A stretch of DNA of 64,000 nt from Eledone cirrhosa (taxonomy: Eukaryota), in assembly GCA_964016885.1 (NCBI GenBank), contig OZ024741.1, positions 229,524,001 through 229,588,000 of the forward strand. The letters are read 5' to 3'. The notes under the pieces are model-generated. The model worked only from the letters and a program-made list of their open reading frames with translations, was not told where the DNA came from and ran no database searches. Made by a program: the position numbers and the translations under genes. Below are positions 38,269 to 53,900 of this stretch, piece after piece. Position 1 is the first letter of the stretch; every line of letters starts with the position of its first letter.

Positions 38269-41200
38269 GCGTGATAGTGCCGCACTAAAATCACCGCGGG
38301 TGATGAAATCACCGGTGGTTATGTAACCATACATTCACCAATCCTCGATAAGAGTGTTTAAATGTCGAACCTAATCAGTTCGAATAACGGTGAAGTGGAG
38401 ACTGGAATGTCATGTGACAGACTCTCACCCAGCAGGTGCTCCCTGGCTCAGCAGCAGGGACCTGGCTGTCAACCAAATACTGCTGGTGTCGGAGGAAGAA
38501 GAAGAAGGAAAGGGACCAGAACCAACTGGACGAAAGAATTGAATGGAACTGTTATGCAATGTTACCTGAAGATTAACCCCAAGGAGAAAGGCTATAGGAA
38601 ACGGATGCATAACATCTGGAACGAGATTGGTGTATTTAAATTAGATGAACAAAAATTGGCCGGGCAGGCTCGGGTAATAAGAACTAATGGGTGGATAAGC
38701 GAGCTGGAACTGGAGGAACTGAGCAGAGAGATTAGGTTGGAAATGGAGAGTGGAGTATGCCAGGCAAACGAGCCAGTGGGAAATGAAGGTGAAGAGGTTG
38801 AGAGAACGGAGGAACCATCCGAAGCAGACAATGATCTGAATGCTGAAATAAATAATACCTGGAACAAAGATACGGCCATTGAGGAGATGAATGCTGACGG
38901 GCTAGGACAAGATTTAGTTGATATCCTAAACTTAGTGGTAGATGAATTGAACAATGATAGTGGGAAACCTATGAACCTAAGATTTGTAGACAGGAAAAAG
39001 TTAAAAGAAACAACAGCTAAGGTAAACAAAGTCATTCCATACCTTGAGGCGAGGAGCCTTCACCAGTGCAACAATATCCTCAAAGCAGCAGCAAATGCGG
39101 TGAGGAAATTACTTTGCATAAAAGCGAGAGGAAACAACAAACAAGAAAGATCAGAACTTTGGTGGAAGAAACGACTGAATGGTCAAATCAGGGAAATGAG
39201 AAATGACATTGGAAAGCTTGAGTCCCTAGTGAATGGGACACTAAAAAACATAGACACTAAAAATAGAGTGGAAATAAAGTACAAAACTAGGAGGAAAAAG
39301 CTAAATATTATCATAGAGGAACTGAAGCCACGCATTGTAGCAAAGAGTGCAAAAATTAGGCGATACGAGAGCAGAGTCAGTCAGTATATACAGAACCGCA
39401 TGTTTGACAACAAGAAGATGTTGTTTGGACAGCTTGAAGGGAAAGAAAGAGGCAACTACTTGATCCCTGAGGCAGAACAAACGAAGACATTCTGGAGATG
39501 AATATGGGAGCAGGATGTTAAACATAATGATCAGGCAGTGTGGATTGAGACAGTACAAAAGGAGATTAGTGAACAGGCACACCAACAAACTGATTTGAGT
39601 ATCACAGTTGAAACTCTTAAAGAGCAGGCCAGAAAACTAACCAACTAGAAATCACCAGGCCCAGGGGTATTGGATTAAAAATATAACATCCCTCCACCCG
39701 AAACTGACAACCATGTTCAATGACTGCTTGATGTCAGGTGAGGTACCAGAGTGGTTGACAAAAGGTACCACAGTTCTGGTAATGAAAGATCGAATCAAGG
39801 GTAATGATGTTACCAACTATAGACCTATCACATGTCTGTCCGTAATGTGGAAACTGTTAACAAGCATTGTGTCTGAGGAAATCTAAAATCACCTCCACAT
39901 AAACAACTTGTTACCGGACGAACAGAAAGGATGCCGAAAGAAGTCCCGTGGTGCAAAGGACCAGTTACTTATTGATAAGATGAGGAATTGCAAGAGGAGA
40001 CATACTGGTCTTGCCGTGGGATGGATAGACTACAAAAAGGCATTTGACATGGTGCCTCATTCTTGATAACCAAAAGCCTAGAGATCTTCAAGGTGGCAGA
40101 TAACATCAAACAGTTGTTGAGCAAAAGTATGAAGTCCTTAAAACAGAGTTAACATCGGCTGGAGAATCCTTGGGAAGCGTGAAGATCAAGAGAGGTATCT
40201 TCCAGGGAGATAGTCTGTCCCCTCTGTTGTTTGTCCTTGCCCTGATGCCCCTGACCATTATACTGCGAAAAGTGAGAACAGGATACAAGTTGGGAAAGGG
40301 AGAGCTTACCATCAATCACCTCCTCTTCATGGACGATCTTAAGCTCTTCGGGAAGAGTGAGAAGGAGTTGGATGTGCTTGTTGACACTGTCCGTATTTTC
40401 AGCAATGATATAAGTATGCAATTTGTTATTTGTAAGTGTGGAGTCCTTGTGATGAAGAGGGGTAAATTGAGCAGAAGCAACGGAATCCAGGTACCAACAG
40501 GTGAGATGATAAAGGAAATTGACACTGAAGAAGGATACAAATATTTAGGTGTTCTGGGGGCTGATGACATCAAGAACAAAAAAAATGAAGGAATTGATAA
40601 GATCTGAATACTTTCGGAAGGTAAGGAGCGTATTATAGTCACATCTGAACAGTAGGAATGCCATAAGTGCAGTAAATTTCCGAGCTGTGTCTATTATTAG
40701 GTACAGTGTGGGAATTATGTTGCTGAACAAAAAGAAATGGATAGGAATACTAGGAAGTTATTGACTATCTACAACATGTTCCACAAGAGGAGTGATGCGA
40801 TAGACTCTACTTAAGGAGATCTGAAGGTGGAAGAGGTCTTATCAGCATAGAGGACTGTGTTCAGATGGAGAAAAACAACCTACACAAACACGTGACTGAT
40901 AGTAGGGAGCCAAAGCTCAGAATTGTACTGAAGGAGAGGACAATAGACCAGGGGATGTCCAAGGAGGAAATAACAACAAGGAGGAAGAGAAACCTTCATG
41001 AAAAATCCCCTCATGGTACCTTCTTTGAGAAAACTGTATTTAGAGATCCACAGACATGGAACTGGTTGAAAAGATGAGACCTTAAAAAGACTACAGAAGG
41101 AATGCTAATGGCTGCGCAAGAGCAGGCCCTCAAAACGAAGTGGCTGAAACACTATATTTACAAGGAGGAGGCTAGCCCACTGTGTAGGAACTGTGGAGAG

Positions 41201-41831
41201 AGAGAGGAGACTGTGGCTCACATTGTATCCGAGTGTAAACACCTAGCCCAAACTCACTATAAAGGCTGGAGACATGATGTGATGGGCAGGGTGATCCACT
41301 GGCACCTATGCAAAGTAAACAATTTACCACATTCTGAGAAGTGGTATGAGCATAAGCCAGAGTCGGTGATAGAAAACGATCAGGTGAAGGTGCTGTAGGA
41401 TTTTAGGATATAGACGGACAAGAAACTGGAACACAATAGACCTGACCTGGTGGTTGTGGACAAGGAAAAAAGATCGTGCCTGATTGTGGATTGACCTGCC
41501 CATTCGACATGAGAGTGCAAGAGAAGGAGAGGGAGAAAACTAATCGATACCAGGACTTAAAGTGGGAGGTAAAAAGGATCTGGAACTGCCATGAAGTCAA
41601 AGTGGTCCCGATTGTCATAGGCGCACTAGATACTATTTCAAAGAGTTTCCAAGGAGGGTTAAAGAAAATTAGTCCCGCCCCACTTTTTGGAACACTTCAA
41701 AAGGCATGCTTGCTGGGAACAGCAAGAACCCTCCGATACATCCTGAATATCTGAGGCTGCAGGTAGTGGCTTGATATTCATTTCAACAAACTTTCCAGTT
41801 AACTAACATCAATGACTGAGACTCAAAGAAC
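38269..41831 (+). mobile_element. Full-length but decayed R4/Dong-like LINE (family D1)
   Basis: N-terminal NWTKELN..GYRKRMHNIW..EQKLAGQARVI. 39537-41831 is closely similar to 4254-6570. FMDDLKLF, CCHC, RHD, multiple stops, short (AAT)n tail. Confidence 0.93.
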
Positions 41832-41851
41832 AATAATAATAACGAAATTAA

Positions 41852-42150
41852 ATGTGTACAGTGCTCAGGTGCACTACAACTCATCAAAGGGGCATGTAGA
41901 GTACATAGAATAATATACAAATGTCAGGGAAGTGAATAGTGTATGAGTCATGATATACATGTGCGCGTGTGTAAGGAGGGGAAATATTATGTGAATTGTT
42001 GGCGAATCTCAGGAAGCACGGAGATTTTAAAGCAGTGTCTCGACAGCTAACAACTGATGCAGTAACTCTGAGCATGAAAAAATGTTTCCGAAAGTCATGG
42101 GAGCTGTGCTGTTTTCTGACGTTGTTGGCATGCCCACGTGTGTTAGACAC
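41852..42150 (-). mobile_element. CR1-clade LINE 3' end fragment
   Basis: SNTRGH..VRKQHSSHDFRKHFF.LRV...VV is the typical CR1 ORF2 C-terminal motif. Confidence 0.75.
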
Positions 42151-42200
42151 ATATGTGTGCGTGCGTGTGTGTGCGTGTGTGTGTGTATGTGTGTGTGTGA

Positions 42201-42270
<70 letters not shown>

Positions 42271-43048
42271 AATTTAGGTTTAATCGAAACATATAAAATA
42301 TATATATCGATTGTTTCTCAATATAAAAGTTCTATGAACATTAGTTCAGAGCATCAATTATACAAGTTTAAACAGTATATAAAAATGGATATATATATCA
42401 ATTAAGAAACTACTAGTATTTTGTGTGTGTGCATATATATATATATATGAATCTGAGATTTTCGAATATTAATATTAATATTCGTTATACATATATATAC
42501 AAAATACACTCTCGCTCCGTCTCGATCGGAAATAACATTGTTTTTTCATTTAACTTTATCATAACTATGATTAACTTTCTATTTAGGACGAACACCACAG
42601 CTTAAGGTCCACTATCCCATTATTTTCCTTTTATTTGTTTTCTTTCGTCCTTTTATCTGAGCTGTTTGTCTTATCACACACACACATACAAGCAGCAGAA
42701 AGATTTATGTTTCTGTTCCACGATCCAGCATTTTAGAATGGTACTCTCAATTAAATCATGCGAAACTATTTTGTTGGTTTGAGAGCTGATGAAGTTGAAG
42801 ATGTGTGTGTGTAAAATTCTCTTGTACATCGCCTTTCTTTGTTTCCTTCTTCATATCACTTCTGTGCGTCAACGCATTTCTCCTTGTCCTCCCCCTCTTT
42901 TAATATTTTCTATATTTCATCTGCCTGTCGCCCACCTTGTAGATGGTCTCTCTATTGACCACTGGCCACTGTCCACTGGGGCATCTTGCTCAGCGCTGTC
43001 TTTGACAGCATTTAGGTGTTTTAACGGCTGTTCTAGCGATGAGTTTTG

Positions 43049-43092
<44 letters not shown>

Positions 43093-43094
<2 letters not shown>

Positions 43095-43995
43095 CGAAGG
43101 AAATGTGGTAAGGAACCAGGTGGACCATAACGCACCAAAGTACTCAATACTTAGGGTAGTAGAGTGGGTAGGAGGAACCAGTAAGACCCCGACGGCTGAG
43201 CTCAAGCCGTTTCGACGGCTAATTCTGGACTAAATGAAAATTTATCCTGGTATATAAATAGCTGAGCTTCTCAAGGGGTAATTCCATATATGGTCAAAGT
43301 GATTGTCACAAGGATTGGTCACAAGTTAGTAGTAATTCTGTGATTGCAAATTAGTGGGGGAGAGGGTGGCTAAACCTGCCAGTAGGAGAAAAAGGGGAGG
43401 GGTGGAGTAGACCCAATCATGCGTTGGTGGTGCCGGCTACAGCTGGGCATGAGGTCAAAGAAGATACTAGGGAGGAGGAGGGGGAGGAAGTCGAAACGGT
43501 AAGTAGAACAATGACGGGGAAAAATATATATATGAAAAAAAAATACTGAGAGTGATAAAAGCGAATAAATGTAAAGAAAAAAATATAAGCAATTTCTACG
43601 ACCTAAGTCTCTAGCTATTGCTAGGCTAGATAAATAAATAAATAAATAAAGAAAGAAATAAAGAAATAAATAAAAAAAATAAAGAAATAAAAATAAGTAA
43701 ATAAACTAGGTGGGACGGAATAGGAAAGGACCCTTTTAAGAGGTATAAGTACGTATATCATACGGTGACGGGTCAACAATGGGGGCCAAAATACTAAAGA
43801 AACTTCCACGAAATAATTAATAAAGGTTTCTACCCCGGGCACAAGGCCAGCAACAACCCAGTGCAGAAAAGTAAAGTAGTACGAGATAATAATTCTGAGT
43901 CCCGAAAAAAATATACTAATGCTAACTCTAATGGTACCGCCACGCTACAAAAGTTCTTATACAAGCTACATGAAAGTTCGTACGAGGTAAAAGTA
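43093..43995 (-). mobile_element. H3 pLTR/3' UTR copy with U3-A8 hammerhead at 43186-43279
   Basis: Near-identical to 59957-60798, core TTGAGAA, ends at (TA)n. Confidence 0.82.
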
Positions 43996-46900
43996 TCGAT
44001 CGTCTATCGAATACCTTAGACTGATCTAAATTGATTAGAACCCCACCGAAGCCGAGTTTACTACCCATCCTCTCTATGATGTATCGCATGAGGTGGAGGT
44101 TGTCGTGTATGGACCTGGTCGGGATTGCACACGTTTGCGCTTCCTCTACCAGTTTCTCGACGACAAGCGCCAACCTCGTCGCTAGCACCGAGGCCAAAAT
44201 CTTTAGCTCTGTGTTGAGCAGAGCTATGGGCCTGAAGTTATTACTTTCGTCCCCCTTGTTCTCGTCTTTCCTGATCAGCGTTATAACGCCCTTGCCTGCA
44301 GAACTGGGAATTCTCCCATTCTGCTGCCAATTGCAGTAGACGGCTTCGAGGACGCCAGAGAACAAGTACGGCATGCCTATGTAAAACTCATAGTGTCGAC
44401 CATCTAGATCGTGTGACTTGCGTTTCCAGCAGCGGCCCAGAGCGTCCCGTATCTTAGTGTCCGTGATCGGTCTTTCGCAGAACCCGGCGTCCGTGTTCGA
44501 GAGACGCGGCAGGCCGTCGAGGTATGAACTAAAGTCCATTGCCCCGTTCGGCTCACCGTCGTTCTGCTCAAACAGTCGCGCAAAGTGCTGCTGAAAGGCC
44601 GCGCACATTTGCATGGGGTCAAGTAGCACGCGTCCGTTTTGGTTTTTCAAAGACCGAATCGTAGACTTGTTGCCACTTTTCGCCTCCGCCACTCGGGCCC
44701 AGCTGACAGCTTTCGCTCCTTCGTTTCCTAGAGCACGTGTTTTGCTTCTGACCACGCAGCATTCGTGTTTCGCATCGAAGAACTGGTCCAGTGCCGTTCT
44801 CGACGCTAACACTCTAGCCGCATTGCCACTTCTAAGTGCCTCCTCTACCTTGGCTACTAGTTCTCTTTCTATTTTGTTTTTCTCTAAGGCTAACTCTCTG
44901 CTAAACCCTATCGATTCTATTCTAATTGCTTTCTTGAGAGAGTACCACCATCTATTGTTGACGATGGCCCCTGTTAACTGTTGCTTGACTAGTCTACTTA
45001 TCCGTTCACTGTAAGCTTTACCTGCCGGCAACGACACGTTCAGCTTCCAGTATCCGGGTCCTTGTTTATCTGTTCTATCACGGTTGACTAAGCAGACGAC
45101 TAATTTGTGATCTGAATAGGTAACTATGTGCATTTGTGGACAGCTTAACATCTCCTTGTCCCTTTCTCTAATGAAGAACCTATCTAAATACGATCTAGAT
45201 GTCCCGCTGCGGTTTGCCCACGTCCACTGTGGTGCAGTCGGGAAATCCAGTCGATACCTATCGGCCAGTTGGAATTGGCCGATTAAAGTTTTGAGGCTGT
45301 TTCACCCCCTCTACTGGGACATGCTCCCACATAGTCCCATCGTGCATCTAGGATACCATTCCAGTCCCCCACTAAAAGTAAGGAGCGAGACGTTCCCAGA
45401 AAAGACTCTCGACGCTTAAAGAAGTCTGGCCGTGATTGCGATTGCCCGGTCGGGGCATAAACGGCCACCAGTCTGTGGCTCCACCTCCAATACTGTTCAC
45501 GTCTAGGACTACCAGTCTACCCTCCGGGTCCAAGTGTACTTGCTGTACTTCGACGTCCAGGTTCTTCCGAAACATGACAGCCACTCCCCCTCCACCTCCT
45601 GGCTGACAGAGAGATGTGTAGATCTCAAAGTCGTCGAAGATGGGGGTTAGTTGCTGCCTGTTGTGGATCCTGGACTCGGTGATGGCTCTCACATCCATAC
45701 CGTGTGACCTAAGGTCGTTTAAAAGTTGGTCCTGTTTCCAGAGCATCCCAAGGCCACGCACATTCACGCTTCCAACTCGTAAACTAGCCAGAGTCGGAGA
45801 AAAAGGACGAAAGGTGCACTTACCTTTTCGTTTCCTGGAAATCGGGTTGTTCAATCTCCATTTAGGTGCTGTATGGGGTGTTGGGTGGGGTGGGGAAACA
45901 TTTTAACAGGACGCGGTTGATGGGTTTGTGGCAGGGGTTGCCCACATCCTGTGAACATTTATTTTTCAGGTCATTATAGGTTTCCATAGAAACCCTTATA
46001 AGTTTAAGGTGTGGAGATGATTCTGCCTTGACGAAAGTTTTGCCCTCCGTCTCCACCTTGGGGTTTTGGGAGATGACCTCCATCAAACTCTTGTTGTTTG
46101 TGTTTTTGTTGTTTTTTTAGTTTGTTGTTCGTCTGGGAGTTTTCTTTTTAAGGTGGGTGCTTGTGTTTGGGGTGGTGTTGGTTTTGGTTTTGCTGGTAGG
46201 GGGATGTTTGACTGAGGTGTTGTTTGTGTTGTTGTTTGTGTCTGTGGTTGTGTGTTGGTGTTGGTGATTGGAGTTTTGGGGGTTTTGTGGTGTCTCGTTT
46301 TTTTGTTTTTTAGATTTCCGCGGCTCTCCCTCTTCTTCACTTAAAGAAGCAGAAGCAGCTTCATCCGTCGATGAATAATCATCGTCAGGAGTGTGGGGTA
46401 GGGGTATGTTGTGTGGTGGTGGTGTTTCGGTGTGTTTGTGGTAGTGTTTGATGGAGTGGGATGGGGTGGGGCTGTGTTCTTCAGGGGTGTTGTCTGTATT
46501 TTTTCTGTTGTTGTTGGTTGAGCGGCTGTTCGTGTTGGTGTGGTTGTTCGTTTCGTCTGTCGTTGTACTTGTGGTGGTGGTGGTTGTTTCGGTGTTGGTG
46601 TTGGTAATAGTGTTTTTTTAATGATGTTGTTGTGGTGTGTTTGTGAAGGACAAGTGGCTTTTAGTTGTGCTGGGCTACCACAGCGAAAGCAATGAAATTT
46701 TCGTCCTTCTACCGAAATGTTTATTTTGTTGTTATCATCGATGACAACTCTTTCGGGTATTTTGGAGATTCTCTCCGGCCTCATTTGCAACAGAATCTCC
46801 AAATCAGTACCCGCCCACCTTTGTCGAATAGACTTTCGTATCGAACGAATCATATCAGTTTCTGGCTCTACGAAGCCAGCTAAGATCCACCAGATGTTAA

Positions 46901-47875
46901 TGTTTGGTGGTATATTTTTATTTTTTTATTTTTTGTGTCCTTTTCCCATGTATGTAGGGAAAAAGGTGAATGCTTTTGACACTACTGGTGTCACAGAATG
47001 TTTTTGGGCGAGTGCCTCGCTTTTAAACAGTACGGAAACACTTCTGTACTGTTTTCCTCGTTGGATAAATTCGATATTTGCTAGAATTTCTTTCAAGGTA
47101 TTATCTATATCTCCTTGACTAACAAATATCGTGGTATTGGACACAGTCTTAAAGGTCACTGACCTTCGAACTGTGTCTTCTTTTATTTCAAGGGGTGAGT
47201 TAATTCTAAACCCACCCTTCTCTTCGAAAGTTACAAATTTTCTCCCTTGCTGGAGCATATCTCTTGCATTGGAGATGTCAAGATTTATAAAATTTTGTTT
47301 TTTGTTCACTGTTTCAGCGAAAAACATTTTTTTTGTGTGGTGTTGCTGTTGTTGTTGTTGTCGTTGTTAGCCTCGGTGTTGAAAATCTCAGTTCCTTGAC
47401 GAAGTGAAACTTTATGTATAGATGTATCTGTGGAGTTGTTGATGTTGTTTTTTTCATGTGTATGCATGTTAATGGGTTTAATTCCTGTGTTTTCATGTTT
47501 TTCTGCTTCGACGGTTGAAATTGTACACTCTTCAAGTGGCAATATTTTTTTCCCTTTGTTGACAGTCGTATCTATGGCGACGTCCATAGTAGCAGAAGCA
47601 GATATAACGTTAAAATCTGCCTCTTTCTCTCTCTTTTCTCTGTCGACGTTCTCCAGCGTTCTTGTCGTGTTATTCATGTTTTATAGTTGGCAAAATTTGA
47701 TATTTTAAAACAATTTTTAAACGCCCCTAAAGAGGCGAAAAATAGGATTACCACCCAGCTGACAATTCAGCTTCGGAGTTAATCTACAAAATAATATGGT
47801 TTTTCAAACAATTTGTTCTGATTTTCGTATATAAATTTACAAAAAATCTTACCGGCGATGTTCCACGCGTCAGTC
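43996..47875 (-). mobile_element. Tx1-like LINE (lineage B): 5' UTR, ORF1, APE and RT N-half; 3'-truncated
   Basis: ORF1 starts at 47677 and has CFRCGSPAQLKATC. ORF2 motifs: LRVGSVNVRGL, LLVGDWNGILD, SDHKLV, NFRPIALLN, LDQSKVFD. The 5' end abuts GATA repeats at 47876-47895. Confidence 0.93.
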
Positions 47876-48741
47876 AGATAGAGAGATAGATAGATTTGTT
47901 CTGTAGTATGTTATAGTGTCAAAACCAAAACAAACAATGGTGATTGTCAGTAAAATATATTTACACACACACAGACACACACAAACACTCATACATTTAT
48001 AAAACACATAGACATATGTACAAATGCACGTATAAATGGACATATCTACATATATACGCGTGTATATATGTGTTTGTGGAGTGTATGTGGGGGGGGGGTA
48101 TGTGTAATTAATATATCATGTAACGATATGTGGTGTGGCAATATTCGTTTCAGAACACACGCACCAACCCACCACCACCAACAACAACAACAAAACCCTT
48201 ACGACGACCGCATACATCACCACCATCACTACCACTCCCATCAGCTTCGGTCTCAAACTCTGGGTTCAACCCGAAACCCCGCACAATCAATCTATTCTAT
48301 CTACACCGTCTATTGGTCCTTTATCTGACTATCAGATCCTTTTGACGCTGTGACCCTTACAGAATATTTGACCCTTAACAATATTAATTTGTAGGGCACC
48401 TCACCTCGAGCTTCCCATTTTACTTGTATTAATTATTGGACAGGTGAGGTAGAGTGGTTTTAGTGGTGGTGGTGATGGTGGTACTACTGCTGCTGGTGAT
48501 AGCGGTGGTGGGTTGATGAGGTGGTGATGGTGACGGCGGCGACCGCGGTGGTGGTGGTAGGAAGAGTTGTGTGTGGTAGTGGTGATGTATACGGTGTGGT
48601 AACACTAGAATTGATCAGACCACCTACACTGCACCTTCATTGACTGCTCTACCAACCTGTGTCAAAACAGTTTCATGCTTGACTAATCACCAACCTATCA
48701 TAACGCCTAATGTTTTGTGTTTATATATATATATATAATTT

Positions 48742-49380
<639 letters not shown>

Positions 49381-50650
49381 GGTAATTTAATTAATAAAAA
49401 AATGTGAGTTACTTTCAAATTGCCTCCATAAATCTGCAAAAACATTTCAAGTATCATAGAAATTTAGGAAAAAACATTGACTGAGTGAGAAAAGATATTG
49501 ACTTTTATTAATAATTCTTGTTATTATTAGTATTATGTGAAATGGTTTACCTCACCTTAGGAAATGCATATCGGTTCTTTTATATAGTAAGTTAATCTCT
49601 TGATTGACCAAATACCTTTAGTTTGGTTTTAGATTCCTCTTTTTATGACTTGAATTTTCTAAATTTGAGATCTGAAATACCTTCAGGCTTTCAAACCTTT
49701 AAGTTAATTTAAACGTTTAGATATATTGTACGGAGCTCATTTGTTTACATTCATCGTGTATAATTTTCGTTTTATCCAAATTGATAATAATCTGTATTTA
49801 ACTTGATCTATAGTATTGAATACAGTAAGATTTGGTTGAATCAAAATAATAATACTTTCAAGAGTAAATATAACTAATAATTAATCCTATATGTAATTGA
49901 CAACTATTGATTTATATAGTATTGTTTACAATATTTATAATTCTAAACATTATATAAAATGCATATACAGATGCTGATATGCAATTAAGTTATGATAAAT
50001 ACTTTCATACTTATTTACTATATTTGTAAACATCATTGGTACTTAATGTTTCTGACTTTGAATTTTGTAACTACATATTGAATATATTTATTAATTTAAC
50101 TATGCTCCTAACTATCATTGAAAATATTTTATATTGTTTAATTTTGATATAATATAATAGTATAATTTGCTCAAATATAACCAAATACAATAGATTAAAA
50201 ATTTCACGGTATTTAATTGATCGCTTCTACCTGACGTAATATTTGGAAAAGAACGGCCACGCATCATGTTCCTTTCTTCTTTCTTTCTTTTTTATTTCTT
50301 TTCCTTTATGCAGTTATATATTCTATCATCTCTATCTCCCTCTCCCTTCTTTTTATCTTCATCTTTTTATTTTTTTCCCTTTCTCTTCTATTTAGCACTC
50401 TCTCTCTTTTGTCTTTTTCTCTAACACGGATATTTAGATATTTAATATTTATGTAATTATGTGTTTATTTATTTATTTATTTATTCAATACTTTCTCCTA
50501 CTCACTCTCTCATAATACTTATATCTCGCTACATATCCCTCTCCATCATATTTAGTTTGGTACGTTATTACTTGTGGTATATAAATATTGAGTTTTGTTG
50601 TAATAAATCACTGCCATCAGCACAATTGAGGTATGTCATACATCAATTTA

Positions 50651-50720
50651 TATATTTTATCTGATGAGGACGTACTGAAAAAACAGCACAGTATCTCCGA
50701 AATATATATAATAAAACATA
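50651..50720 (+). ncRNA. Type I hammerhead ribozyme (H2-related), in a pLTR ending near 50869
   Basis: TTTTAT-CTGATGA-GGA..TACTG(loop)CAGTA..TCC-GAAA-TATATA-TA-ATAAAA. Confidence 0.85.
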
Positions 50721-50760
50721 TATTTTGATTACGTGAATGTCTCCATATATTAATATTTTG

Positions 50761-50796
<36 letters not shown>

Positions 50797-50866
50797 TGTT
50801 GAGTGCTTTATATCAGTTATAAAAATATTTTAGCTTGTTGTATCCCAACAAATTAAATATGACCTC

Positions 50867-50920
<54 letters not shown>

Positions 50921-50925
<5 letters not shown>

Positions 50926-53900
50926 AATATATAAGATCAAAAGATGGTTAAATGAGTTCCATGTATTTTATTATGCGCATTTCAAAAAGAAATATCATCA
51001 TGCAATAACATTTGTGTTTTCATCAGATAAAATAGGAAGACATGATATGAAGGTTAAAAACACTTGTGGATAGTGCAGTTTTAAATCAACATATGAAAAG
51101 TAGTTTTACATTGATGTGTGATATTGGGGAAAAAAATTGTTTGAGGGGGGGGGATGAAAAATAGGAGGAGATGAGAGTAAAAAGTGGAGGGGGAGGAGTA
51201 TAATGAGGAAGGTTGAGATAGGAGGAGAGATGGGTGATAGAGAGAGAGAGAGATAGCTTTCATAACTGAGAAAAATATATTGTTTTACATAGAGAGGTTG
51301 AAAAACCGTTGGAAGATAATGTATAAATTAAAAGAATTTGAAAATTAACGAAGAGAAAAATAATGTAAAGTTAAGGTTTGTATATTGAAGGGTTTAATAA
51401 TATGTGCGATGAAAAGAAAATGTTAATATGTATTAAGAATAATATTTAAGGGTTTAATAATATGTGCGATGGAAAGAAAATGTTGATATGTATTATTAAA
51501 AAAAACAAAAGTAATGTAAGTAAGGATATATTGTGAGATGAGCATGAGTAAGTTAGATGAAAGGGAGAAAAAAATAATGAATAGAGGATGAATAATCTAA
51601 CGTCAAAAAAATGTTTATGTTTACGAAGGATTTTTTCAAAGTGATATAAAGTAAGAATATATTGTATTGTGTAATAATTGTTTCTATGTTAGGCACAGTG
51701 AGAAAAGGTACAGATTAGGGTTAGAAATTAAAAGAAAAAGAAAAGAAAAGGAAAAGGAAGAAAGGGAAGTGATAAATAGGAGTGATATAGAATGAGTAAC
51801 AAGTATTATATAATGTATAATAAATAACTTTGAAATAAGGTAGAAAGATGGGTATATTTTTAAAGAAGTATATATATATATATATGTGCCTTTGAGAAAA
51901 GGATTCTGAATTGATAAAGTTTAGGATATTAGCTGTATACTTTATGGAAAGTTCTGTGGAATGTATGCAAGCAGATAGAAAACAAGTCAGTGCGTCTATT
52001 TATTATAGAATCTAAATTAGATATAATGGTAAATTTTTCATTTAGACAGAGATTGCAAGTCTTGAATATTTTTGTCTTTCAAGGACCATATGAGTTCTGA
52101 GAGAGCCGTGTTGGTTCTTTTAAGTTGGTATTTAAAAGACGAATGATGATTATAAAGAAGAGCTTTAAAGGAGGTGGAAGTGGAGCCAAAATAGGTGAAG
52201 GAATTGGTGTCAGTTATAACTTTACATTCGTAGATTAAGTTTTTATCAAGACAATGGTTGTTGAGAGGACATTTATTTTTAGCAGGGCAATTGCAATTGC
52301 GATTAGAGAGATTATTCACGAGTGACCTAGTGTTATCTATAGAAGGAATTGGATTGGAGAAGTTATTTGCGATAGGAATAATAGTTTCTTGATTTAGAAT
52401 GGGATGAAGAACATTTAGCGAAGTTGTGTTTGACGTTGTATTTGGGTTTGCAGAAATTAGCCTAGAGTTTACAATGACGTCGGGAGTACTATTACTATTA
52501 TTATGATATTCAGTGTTGGAAGGAAGAGATTTAGTATTTAGTATTTTATTGTTGTATTTAGAGATAATGTTGGAAATGTTGGAGGATGTCGAATAGGAAA
52601 ATTTTATAGTGTGTTTGTTAAATATTTTACTATAGATATGTGAGGGAGGGAAGCATTTATTTAAGGCACTAAAGAATAATTTAGGAATATTATTATTAAT
52701 AGAGATGGAGAAAGGAGCATTATACCAGATTATATTTTTGTATCTAGGTCTTTTATTAAAGTTATTGGAATGATCATGATTAATTATTCTACTGTAAGAT
52801 CTTCTAGAATTTGTTTCTTTATTATATTTGATTTTATCAGGATAGCCGGCTTTAGAAAGCGCGTTATTATAGTAATTGGCGTTAGCATCAAAGATGTTTT
52901 TATTAGAAGATAGGTTAGATATTCTTTTTCCAATATTACTAACTATAGCATTCTTAATAGTAGTAGGGTGGTTAGATTTTAAATTAACATAATTTAGGTT
53001 CTCATTGTTTTTATGGTAAGGTAATATAGGCCAGTGTCAAGATTAAGAGATACATCCAAGAAATTAGCTAGTTTGATGCTGTTATCAAATTCAATTTTTA
53101 GGTTATGTTGGTTAAAGAGATTACGTATATTGTTCTTAATAATATTAAGGTTAACTATGTTGCAATTTAAGATAGTAAAAAGTCCATCATCACGATAAAT
53201 TCTACCGCGAAGTTGAGGAATTTTCCGACTCAATGAGTTCAAAATAAAAATACCAATTAAATCTGTCAATTGGGATGAATCGGATGCTCCCATTGTGATG
53301 TCGAAGTTGTTAAAGGTATCAGCTCTGGTCCAATATTCATTGTTGAACTCAAGGATGGTTTTACGTGCGGTGAGAATGATGTGAAGTTCATCTGTGGTGA
53401 TGTCAGAATATTTAAATGTGAAAGGTAGAGCATTGTTGAGAAATGAAGGCGAAATAGAAGAATAGTAGCTGGCAATATCAAATTGAACAAATTTTAGTTT
53501 GTTTTTATTATTCAATTTGTTGAACCAGCCAATCACTTCAGAAGTACCAAACCATAAATTTCAGTTCAAAGAAGAGCAATTAGAACGAACCTGTGGGATA
53601 ATTCTATCCAAGATGGCTTTACTAACAATCCCCAGATCTGATTTAGAGGGGGCGATTAATCTAATAGGTAGTTCAGTGCGAAAATTGTTTTTGTGATCCT
53701 TGAGATTTATCCTCGGAGTTCTTGGGAGGAATGGTTCGGTCTTTTTTCCGATGCCAAGTTTTGACATAATCTCAGAGGCTTCAAAGTTTATGGATTCTAA
53801 ATTATCATGGTTGGTTTTACGATATTTTTTGAAATGCGCATAATAAAATACATGGAACTCATTTTTTGATCTTATATATTATGTATACTCCAGTCCTACA

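Noticed and set aside
52038-53767. Selenoprotein-type Naiad (in-frame UGA)
   Set aside because: The breaks I could trace are frameshifts. I saw no in-frame TGA at conserved Cys positions in the parts I translated.
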